Assembly (NCBI GenBank): GCA_949283145.1
Contig: CASDRL010000036.1
Coordinates: forward strand, 9,817 to 73,816
Direction of reading: 5' to 3'
From: an uncultured Clostridia bacterium
Lineage (GTDB): Bacteria; Bacillota; Clostridia; Christensenellales; CAG-917
DNA length: 64,000 nucleotides
Both the position numbers and the translations under genes were made by a program. The notes beneath the pieces were generated by a model, which saw only the letters and a program-made list of their open reading frames with translations, had not been told where the DNA came from and did no database searches. The stretch's first letter is position 1. Every line of letters starts with the position of its first letter. Below are positions 26,193 to 33,753 of the stretch, in pieces.

Positions 26193-27713
26193 TCAAAGTT
26201 CCACGATGTCGCCTTCGCGGGCGAGCAGAGTGCGGTACTGTTCCTGTGCGGCGCGCGCCGCCACCGTCTTCTTGACGCGGAACACCAAGCCCATGATCTG
26301 GATCGCCACCAAAGGGGTCATGGCAACGAATGCCACGGTGCCGAATGCGTCGTTGATGATGGAGCCGCCGAGCTCCGCCGTCGCGCCCATCGCGAAGGGG
26401 AGCAGGAATGTCGCGGTCATGGGACCGGATGCCACCCCACCCGAATCGAACGCTATTGCGGTGAAGATCTTGGGCACGAAAAAAGTGAGCGCGAGCGCGA
26501 CGACGTATACAGGCACGATAATCCACCATATGGATATGCCCGTCGCCACGCGCAGCATACTGAGCGCGACCGCGATCGCCATCGAGATGACGAAGACCAC
26601 CAACATGTTCTTGCGGCTTATCGCGCCACCAGTGAGCTGCTCCACCTGCCTGTTGAGGACGTGCACCGCAGGCTCCGCGAGCACGATGAGGGAGCCTATC
26701 AGCGCGCCTATCGGGATAACGAGCCATCTGCTCACCCCCGCCACTTCTCCGCCAATGAAGGAGCCCGCAGGCATGAACCCGACGTTGACGCCCGTGAGGA
26801 AGAGGGTGAGCCCGATGTATGTATACACCGCGCCGACGATCATCCTCGCGAGGCTCTTCCCGGGCAGTTTCAGCATGGTGAACTGGAAAAACAGGAAGAC
26901 CGCAAAGATGGGCGCGAGCGCGATCCCGACCTCTTTGAGATAAAACGGGAGCACATCGAGATAAGCTGTCATGACCTCGCCGAAGTTCGCAAACTCGGAG
27001 AGCACGCTCGCCTCCGCCTGCGCGTCCGTCTTGTAGACCAGCCCGAGAATGAGCACCGCGATGATTGGTCCTACGGAGCAGATGCCCACCATGCCGAAGC
27101 TGTCCTCCTGCGAGCGCGAGCCGCCGACCGCGCCCGAGATGCCCACGCCGAGCGCGAGGATGAAAGGCACCGTGATGGGGCCGGTGGTCACTCCGCCGGA
27201 GTCGAACGAGAGGGGGACATACCCTTCCGCGGAGCAGGCTGCGAGCACGAAGACCACGGCATAAAGCGCGATGAGCAGCGCGTTCAGGCGCACTTTGAGC
27301 AGCACTCGGAGCACCGCGATGACCATGAACACGCCCACACCCGCCCCGACGCTCGCGATGAGCACGATGTTGGGGATGCTGCCTATCTGCGTTGCGAGCA
27401 CGTTGAGGTCGGGCTCCGCTACGGTCACCACCACTCCGACGACGAGGGCGACGAGCAGGATGAACCACACCTTGCGCGTCGAGGTGACTTTCTCGCCGAT
27501 CTGCTCTCCCGCGGGCTCCATGAATATGCTGCTGCCCAGCGTGTAGAGCGCCATGCCTATGATGAGGAAGACCGCGCCCACCAAAAAAGAGGCGAGATTG
27601 AGCGTGGGCATGCCCCCCAACGCGAAGTTGAGGATGAGCACCAACGCCGTGATCGGGATGACCGCGACCGCCGCCTCTTTCAGTTTGAGCGCAAAATTCT
27701 TCATTCTTCCCAT
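26193..27713 (-). CDS. DUF1538-like polytopic membrane protein, internally duplicated (two homologous halves)
   Basis: 506 aa. Halves share AEPDLNVLATQIG/AEPAVHVLNRQVE and FDSGGVTTGPITVPFILALGVG/FDSGGVASGPMTATFLLPFAMG. Start 27713 or 27704. Two long Arg/His-rich overlapping track ORFs are shadows. Confidence 0.8.
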   Translation of the reverse strand: MGRMKNFALKLKEAAVAVIPITALVLILNFALGGMPTLNLASFLVGAVFLIIGMALYTLGSSIFMEPAGEQIGEKVTSTRKVWFILLVALVVGVVVTVAEPDLNVLATQIGSIPNIVLIASVGAGVGVFMVIAVLRVLLKVRLNALLIALYAVVFVLAACSAEGYVPLSFDSGGVTTGPITVPFILALGVGISGAVGGSRSQEDSFGMVGICSVGPIIAVLILGLVYKTDAQAEASVLSEFANFGEVMTAYLDVLPFYLKEVGIALAPIFAVFLFFQFTMLKLPGKSLARMIVGAVYTYIGLTLFLTGVNVGFMPAGSFIGGEVAGVSRWLVIPIGALIGSLIVLAEPAVHVLNRQVEQLTGGAISRKNMLVVFVISMAIAVALSMLRVATGISIWWIIVPVYVVALALTFFVPKIFTAIAFDSGGVASGPMTATFLLPFAMGATAELGGSIINDAFGTVAFVAMTPLVAIQIMGLVFRVKKTVAARAAQEQYRTLLAREGDIVEL

Positions 27714-27925
27714 CGTTACACCCGCGCCCTCTCAGGGCGCTCACGCGGCTCGGCGGCGCTCCTTGAAAAACGGAGTGCCTCCCCGCGCCGAATTTCATTT
27801 TAGCCCCTTATCATTAAAATAACGTTAGATTTTCAACAAAAATGCCATTCCGCGTACACATGTCGCGAAATGATCGTCCTTTTTGCTGCGCCCTGCCGCC
27901 GCGTCCCGAGCGATGGTGCGCGGGT

Positions 27926-28888
27926 TCACTCCGCGCCGCCCGCTTTCATACTTTCCAGGAAAAATTCCAGCGAAAGATCGTTGACGCGCATGGACTCCTG
28001 CCACTCATAGTGCACGATGTTGTAGACGTGACGGAGCTTTCTCGTCTCCTCCGCCGCGGGAACGTAATCAAAGACGAAACGCGGACATCTGCCCTCTTTG
28101 ACCATATCCTCGAACAGCCGCGAAAGCAGCAGACTGTGGCGGACGTAGACATCCCTCTCGCAGCCTATGAGCAGCGTGGGCGGGAGGGTGAGACCGCGGG
28201 AGTATTCCGTGAACGCGGAAAGACCGTACACCTCGTGTTTCCTCCGCTTTTTGCCGAAGAGGATGCCATCGAAGATGCGCTGCACCGCCCCGCCGCCGAA
28301 AGAGGGACGGAGGTCTTTGTTCAGCATGACGGAGTGCACCTCACCGACCGGATGGCTCATGACGAGGCATTTCACCGAGAGTGCGGGCACCCTGACGCCG
28401 TACGCCGCCGCAAGTTCGGGCGACGCCATTATGCTCGCCGCGAGGGACGCAAGATGTCCGCCCGCGCTGTCGCCGGAGAGCATGACATTACCCGTGTCCG
28501 CGCCCAGCCTCTCCGCGTTGTCCGCGAGGAAGCACATGGACGCAAAGACGTCCTGCACTTGTTCTTTCAGGGTGACCGCGGTCATCAGGCGATAGCTCAT
28601 GCCCATCACGAGAAAGCCCTTGGATGCGAGGTACATGCAGTAATATTTGTTCAGATCCTTGTCGCCGTACACCCATGCGCCGCCGTGTATATTGACGATG
28701 ACGGGGAGCTTGCCCGAGGTCTCCTCGGGACGGTAGACGTTGAGTTTGTGCATCGGGTCGCCGTCGGGGAGATAGTCGAACACCTCGACGGAGACGCCCG
28801 CGGGCGGGGTCTGCTTCGCGATCCTGATGTCGTCGTACTTCTTCGTATTGCGGCGGATGACCTCCGCGGTCAGCTTGGACAAAAGCAT
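27926..28888 (-). CDS. alpha/beta hydrolase, hormone-sensitive-lipase-type esterase
   Basis: 320 aa; oxyanion HGGAW, nucleophile elbow GDSAGGHLA; GAGG RBS; 4 nt after the MBL gene stop. Confidence 0.85.
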   Translation of the reverse strand: MLLSKLTAEVIRRNTKKYDDIRIAKQTPPAGVSVEVFDYLPDGDPMHKLNVYRPEETSGKLPVIVNIHGGAWVYGDKDLNKYYCMYLASKGFLVMGMSYRLMTAVTLKEQVQDVFASMCFLADNAERLGADTGNVMLSGDSAGGHLASLAASIMASPELAAAYGVRVPALSVKCLVMSHPVGEVHSVMLNKDLRPSFGGGAVQRIFDGILFGKKRRKHEVYGLSAFTEYSRGLTLPPTLLIGCERDVYVRHSLLLSRLFEDMVKEGRCPRFVFDYVPAAEETRKLRHVYNIVHYEWQESMRVNDLSLEFFLESMKAGGAE

Positions 28889-28892
28889 ATCT

Positions 28893-29702
28893 TTACCTCA
28901 CCTGCGACGGGTACGCCCACACGCGTATCCTGCCGTATTTCTCACTTGCGTATTCGTAAAATGTCACGGGCTCGGGCGTGCCCTTGATCTTGGACGGACG
29001 CCCGTTTTCGGGTTTTATCGTGTCTAATGCGCAGATAAACTCTCCGATGAAGTCAAAACCCAGCGGTTTCCTGCTGTGCGAGATCCAAAGCGTCGAATAG
29101 CCGGTGAGCCTCTCTTGCATCCCTTTCCAAAGCTCCGCATAGCCTTTCGCCGTCGAAGCGGGACAGGTGAACATCCATTGCTCGCGGTTGATGGCGTCTC
29201 CCGCGAAGATGCCCTCCGTCGCCGGGTCGCAGAAGAGCACGCTCCCCGCCGTATGCCCGGGGCACGGGATGACCTCCACCGTTCTGCCGCCGAGATCGAT
29301 CATTTTGGGCAGCGGGGAATATTCCGCCGCCGACGGATCGATCAGAGTAAGTTTGCGCGCAAAACTCATGAGCGGGCGCAGCAGGCTTTTGCGGTACGCC
29401 GCGGCGACGCCCTCGAAAAGTTCGTTGGACGGCACCCCGTGCGAGGGTAGATCGGGCTCTCCCACCATCACTTTCCCGAAAAAACAATTGCCGTTGCTGT
29501 GGTCGGGGTGCAGGTGGGTGTTGACCGCAATGACGGGCAGCGATGTCAGCTTCTTCACCGCGCGGGGCAGCGACTTTGTGCCGTAGCCCGTGTCGATGAG
29601 AAGAGCTTTCTCCTCGCCTTCCAGCAGGAACTGGTTGACCCCCGTAAGGCGGTCGGTGAGCATATATGTGCGTTCCGCAATACGTTTTACCGCAGTTCTC
29701 AT
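28893..29702 (-). CDS. MBL-fold metallo-hydrolase
   Basis: Start MRTAVKRIAERTYML at 29702 with GGAGGGG RBS; zinc motif NTHLHPDHSNGN. Confidence 0.85.
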   Translation of the reverse strand: MRTAVKRIAERTYMLTDRLTGVNQFLLEGEEKALLIDTGYGTKSLPRAVKKLTSLPVIAVNTHLHPDHSNGNCFFGKVMVGEPDLPSHGVPSNELFEGVAAAYRKSLLRPLMSFARKLTLIDPSAAEYSPLPKMIDLGGRTVEVIPCPGHTAGSVLFCDPATEGIFAGDAINREQWMFTCPASTAKGYAELWKGMQERLTGYSTLWISHSRKPLGFDFIGEFICALDTIKPENGRPSKIKGTPEPVTFYEYASEKYGRIRVWAYPSQVR

Positions 29703-29854
29703 ATCCCCTCCGTGCGCGTTCCCGCGCGAAACATCTGCGCACAAAACATATGTGGTTTAATTATAATACCGCGCTTGTCCTTAGTCAAGGCGCGCGCACT
29801 TGACAGGCGCGCGTGCGTAATATAGAATTTAAGCGAAAAAGGGAGGTTCCCGCA

Positions 29855-31306
29855 ATGTCCGACAAAGAAAACGATCTCATCCGCGAAGATACCGTCGCCG
29901 AGCCCGAAACAGGCGCCGCGGCGGCTGCCGACAACTCGGAGGGTGCGGAGCGCGATGCCGCTCCGTCCGAGCCCGAGACGGCAACAAACGGCAAAAAGCG
30001 CAAAAAACCGAGGGAGAAATTCTCGGTGTGGTTCAAGCGCAACCGCAAAAAGATCACGATCTCGCTCATCTCCGTCCTGTCTGTGGGAGTGTTGCTCGCG
30101 GTCATCCTCGTCCCAACTCACTTCGGCACTCTGAACGAGCCCGGGGATTACATCGATCTCCCCGTGGCGCATCTCTCTCTCGACTCCGCGGTCACAGTGG
30201 AAAAATCGGGCAGCTACATCGCGCATCCCGATTCCGTCTGGGTGGACGACGGCTCCGAACAGGGCAAGATCATCGTCATGTACCCTCTCGGGCACGGCAA
30301 GGGACAGATCGCCATGCGCGTGAGCGACGATATGGGGCTCACATGGTCGGACAGAGTGACGGGACTGCCCGCAAGTTTTGCCGACTCGCAGGAGACTCCC
30401 ACCCTCTACAATCTGCATTTCACGGACGGCAGCGAGAAGCTGGTGATGATCTCCGGCTGCCCCTATTGGGTGGCGACGAAGTATAAGGCGGACGGTTTCA
30501 ACTTCTCCTTCTCCGATGACTACGGCGAGACTTGGAGCGAGTTCGAGAAATTCCACTCCCCCGCGGACGCCATCGTCGCCATGTCCTCCCTCACGCAGAT
30601 CAAGGAAAACGGACAGTACATCGACAAGTGGATGGGGCTCTTCCACGACCACTCCTTCAACGTCTATAAGACCTACCTCACCTTCGACGAGGACGGGAAC
30701 GCCGACTGGTCTGAGCCCGAACTGCTCATGCCCAACTACTCCGAGGAGACGCAAAAGTACGGCATGTGCGAGGTGGAGATCGTCCGCGAACCCGAGAGCG
30801 ACACGCTCATCCTCATCTCCCGCGCGGAAAAGAGGGTGTCCCGCTCCCTCATCGCCTTCTCCTACGACGAGGGCGAGACCTGGGAAGGGCTGAAAGAACT
30901 CCCCTACGAGCTCAGCGGCGACCGCCACAAGGCGGAGTATGACGCGACCACCGGGAAACTGCTCATCTCTTTCAGACAGATGATCCCCGTCAAGCGCAGC
31001 GCGGTGAGCATCTACAACCGTATCAGCGGCGGCTGGTACGCCTGGGTGGGCACCTTCGACGACCTCATGACCTACGCCGACGACGATCCATTGAACGACA
31101 GCAAAGGGGAATACCTCATCGAGCTGGGCAGGACGGACTACTTCGCCAAACCCTACAACGCCGTCATCGACAACGGTTACAGCGGCGTGGTGTGCGTGGA
31201 CGGCACCTACAATGTGGTGGGCTACGGCTCCTTCGACAAGGTGGGCACGACAAGCTACATCATCTCCCGCACCTTCACCCTCGCCGACATCGAGAAACTG
31301 CTCTGA
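29855..31306 (+). CDS. BNR/Asp-box repeat (sialidase-fold) protein with cytoplasmic charged tail and single TM anchor
   Basis: GGGAGG RBS then ATG 29855. TM ITISLISVLSVGVLLAVILV. Asp-boxes SDDMGLTWS, SDDYGETWS, SYDEGETWE. No clear sialidase RIP motif seen. Confidence 0.8.
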   Translation: MSDKENDLIREDTVAEPETGAAAAADNSEGAERDAAPSEPETATNGKKRKKPREKFSVWFKRNRKKITISLISVLSVGVLLAVILVPTHFGTLNEPGDYIDLPVAHLSLDSAVTVEKSGSYIAHPDSVWVDDGSEQGKIIVMYPLGHGKGQIAMRVSDDMGLTWSDRVTGLPASFADSQETPTLYNLHFTDGSEKLVMISGCPYWVATKYKADGFNFSFSDDYGETWSEFEKFHSPADAIVAMSSLTQIKENGQYIDKWMGLFHDHSFNVYKTYLTFDEDGNADWSEPELLMPNYSEETQKYGMCEVEIVREPESDTLILISRAEKRVSRSLIAFSYDEGETWEGLKELPYELSGDRHKAEYDATTGKLLISFRQMIPVKRSAVSIYNRISGGWYAWVGTFDDLMTYADDDPLNDSKGEYLIELGRTDYFAKPYNAVIDNGYSGVVCVDGTYNVVGYGSFDKVGTTSYIISRTFTLADIEKLL

Positions 31307-31391
31307 TGCCCGCCCTCGGCGTTGATACACCTCGGAGCGCAGTAATGCGGCCCCGGCATTCCGAGCAGGGATAATACCGATTTAGGTCACC

Positions 31392-31421
31392 AAAAAAGCC
31401 CGCGATCTCGCGGGCTTTTTC
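31392..31421. terminator. bidirectional intrinsic terminator between convergent genes
   Basis: AAAAAAGCCCGCGA-tc-TCGCGGGCTTTTTC. Confidence 0.7.
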
Positions 31422-31567
31422 TTGTCCTTTTTTTTTGTGCCGTTGCCAACATCATTCCCCGCATCACATAGGTGCGGGGCGCAGGCGGGACAAGCGGTGT
31501 CATTCGCTAAAATTTCCGTTAAAGCCGTTTAAATGTGCCGAAAGGCGCAGATAAACCGCCATTTTCG

Positions 31568-32185
31568 TCACTTTCCGTATTTTGCGGCTATACTTTCATG
31601 GAAGGGATAGCGGTCTCTGTCGGCGGGGGTGATCGCTCTCATCACGCGGCAGGGGACGCCGCACGCCACCACCCGCGGCGGGATGTCTCTTGTCACCACG
31701 CTCCCCGCGCCGATGACCGCGTCGTCGCCTATGGTCACGCCCGCAAGCACTATGCTCCCCGCACCGATCCAAACATTGTTGCCCACCGTGATGGGCTTTG
31801 CCATCTCCACCCCGTCGCGTCTGAGGTCGGGGGCGGTGGGATGCTCCGCCGTGGTGAAACAGCAGTTTGGTGCGATGAACACATTGTCGCCGAAGGTCAC
31901 CTTCGCGCCGTCCGTGATGACGAGGTTGTGGTTGGCGTAGAAGCTCTCCCCCACCTCGATGTTGTAGCCGTAGTCGCACCAAAATGGCGGCGTGAAGATG
32001 GCGCCCTCCCCCATCCTGCCGAGGAGTTCATTTAGGATCGCGGTCTGCCCCGCTCTGTCGCATGGGTGCAGCGCGTTGAACCTGAAACACAAGTCCTTTC
32101 CTCTTTCGATCTCCCTCTCGTAGGCGGGGTTGTAGCACCCCTGAAAATAGCAATAGGTGGGCACTTCGGGCCTTTCTCTTTCCAT
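31568..32185 (-). CDS. sugar O-acetyltransferase (maltose/galactoside acetyltransferase family, hexapeptide repeats)
   Basis: Start ATG 32185 (GAGGTG RBS overlaps the GTG used by the track). Left-handed beta-helix repeats GNNVWIGAGSIVLAGVTIGDDAVIGAGSVV. Confidence 0.85.
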   Translation of the reverse strand: MERERPEVPTYCYFQGCYNPAYEREIERGKDLCFRFNALHPCDRAGQTAILNELLGRMGEGAIFTPPFWCDYGYNIEVGESFYANHNLVITDGAKVTFGDNVFIAPNCCFTTAEHPTAPDLRRDGVEMAKPITVGNNVWIGAGSIVLAGVTIGDDAVIGAGSVVTRDIPPRVVACGVPCRVMRAITPADRDRYPFHESIAAKYGK

Positions 32186-32321
32186 AGTCACCTCGCGCGG
32201 GAACCCCGCACTTCCATTATACCCGCTCCCCTTCTCCCGTCAAGCCCGAACCGCTCCCCGCGGGCAAAACGGCGGCGCGCGGCATGCTCAAACGATTTCT
32301 TTCATCGAAGCGCACAAATCC

Positions 32322-32349
32322 TTGCATTTCGGAAATAATATGCTATAAT
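32322..32349 (+). promoter_or_regulatory. sigma70 promoter of ssrA with extended -10
   Basis: TTGCAT (32322-32327), 16-nt spacer, TGcTATAAT (32341-32349). Confidence 0.6.
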
Positions 32350-32381
32350 CTCTTTACCTGCGTCGCGTTACCCTACGGCGT

Positions 32382-32743
32382 GGGGGTGTACCGGCTTCGA
32401 CAGTCGGTTTGAGGCGGGGTAAGCATGCCGCAGGCTCGTCTGCGTAAAAACGGAAATAAAAAATAAACGCGAAAAATACGCAAAAGAACTCCACCATGGA
32501 GTTCGCCCTCGCTGCTTAATTTAGTCAGCGTGTCGCCCTTGGGTTTTCTGTTCCCCGAGCAAGCGGCATCATAAAAACAGACAACGCGGCCCCATCGCCC
32601 GGTAAGGTCGCTGTCATCACGGGCTTGTCGAGCCGAGGTTCGCCGCCGTACCGAAGCAAGAGACACCAAAACGCCGGCTAAGCATGTAGAAAGCATCGTC
32701 AACGGCCGGTTGGACCGGGGTTCGACTCCCCGCACCTCCACCA
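32382..32743 (+). ncRNA. ssrA: tmRNA (SsrA)
   Basis: 5' GGGGGUG pairs with 3' CACCUCC-A-CCA (G3:U wobble). T arm CCGGGG-UUCGACU-CCCCG. Internal tag frame 32469-32519 reads AKNTQKNSTMEFALAA-stop (resume codon tentative). 362 nt. Confidence 0.9.
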
Positions 32744-32748
32744 CAAAA

Positions 32749-32776
32749 AGCACCTGCACAAGCAGGTGCTTTTCTT
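32749..32776 (+). terminator. intrinsic terminator of ssrA
   Basis: AGCACCTGC-acaa-GCAGGTGCT followed by TTTCTTG. Confidence 0.8.
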
Positions 32777-32935
32777 GTCTGAGAGCGGGGAGTCTCACCC
32801 GTGGCTGACGCGAGTTGCTCGGCGGCGGCTTCTCTCTCCGCACCGCCCTCGTCGATCAACGGCACCGCGACAAAAATCCCGCATCTCAATCGTTTCACCT
32901 CGCATCCTCGCTATTCCGTCGCTGCGCTCCTTACA

Positions 32936-32955
32936 ACTCCCCTCACCTCCACCAC
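32936..32955 (+). repeat. 20-bp direct repeat (1 mismatch) of the ssrA 3' end
   Basis: ACTCCCCGCACCTCCACCAC (32725-32744) versus ACTCCCCTCACCTCCACCAC (32936-32955). Confidence 0.85.
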
Positions 32956-32991
32956 CAAACGCAATGAGGGGCGCATCTTGCGCCCTTTTTG

Positions 32992-33059
32992 CGTGTCTCG
33001 AATTTCGGTCACGTACGCAAAAGTACGCTCCCTCATTCTCGCACTTAAAAGAACACAAT
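32992..33059 (+). repeat. 68-bp direct repeat, copy 1
   Basis: CGTGTCTCGAATTTCGGTCACGTACGCAAAAGTACGCTCCCTCATTCTCGCACTTAAAAGAACACAAT; differs from copy 2 at one base. Confidence 0.9.
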
Positions 33060-33154
33060 CTGCATCCCCTCATTGCGTTTGGACATTATATTTTGATATG
33101 TTGTCTCACTCACTCATTTTTCTTTTGTGGGACTGGCGACTGCCGCCGCCATTT

Positions 33155-33222
33155 CGTGTCTCGAATTTCGGTCACGTACGCCAAAGTACGCTCCCTCATT
33201 CTCGCACTTAAAAGAACACAAT
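33155..33222 (+). repeat. 68-bp direct repeat, copy 2
   Basis: Identical to 32992-33059 except GCCAAAG for GCAAAAG. Confidence 0.9.
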
Positions 33223-33321
33223 ACGGGGTCCCCATAAAGTACCGGAGCAAGTTTTGCGCGCGAGGACACTTTACGGGGTTTTAGCACATCCCCTCATTGC
33301 GTTTGGGCGCTATATTTTAGG

Positions 33322-33492
33322 CATTACCGTCGCACTTTGATTTTTGCTCCGCGAGATGGCGGCTACCGCCGCCCGGTTTTACGCAAGACATCATTAGCAG
33401 CACCCCGCAAGTTTTGCGGGGTGTTTGCGTTTTTTGCCCCACGCGAAAAATCAAAAACTTGTCCCGCGGGGATCCCGTTTGTGCCCGCGGCC
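33322..33492. repeat. mosaic repeat block homologous to the segment downstream of tRNA-Thr
   Basis: CATCATTAGCAGCACCCCGCAAGTTTTGCGGGGTGTTTGCGTTTTTTGCCCCACGCGAAAAATCAAAAACTTGTCCCGCGGGGATCCCGTTTGTGCCCGCGGC closely matches 17476-17572. CCGTCGCACTTTGATTTTTGCTCCGCG..GGCGGCTACCGCCGCC matches 17693-17748. Confidence 0.85.
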
Positions 33493-33753
33493 GAAAGCAC
33501 TCTCTTACGGATGATGTGCGGCGGTGTCGGAGCGGCTCTGCTCGCAAACGGGACGCGGCGTCCGTTCCGCCCCTAAAGCTCCGTGATTAAATTAAAATCG
33601 GCGGCGCGCAAAAAATATTTATACCATTATCAAAAACTGATACATACATGTCCTAATATGATCGTGCCGGATCTTACCGTTTTGTTTTGCGGTAAAGCGG
33701 CGGGGGTTCGGCGCCGACCCGTCTCACGCTGTCGGCATACATCGGAGGAAGAC

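Noticed and set aside
26088-27803. 571-aa (+) and 549-aa (-) ORFs overlapping the DUF1538-like gene
   Set aside because: They are extremely Arg/His/Asp/Glu-rich, or Gly/Arg-rich. They are off-frame or antisense shadows of a real polytopic membrane protein with clear internal duplication.
32373-32898. 156-aa and 93-aa minus-strand ORFs
   Set aside because: They overlap the tmRNA gene and its terminator. The tmRNA assignment is supported by the acceptor/T-arm structure and the ..ALAA-stop tag frame.
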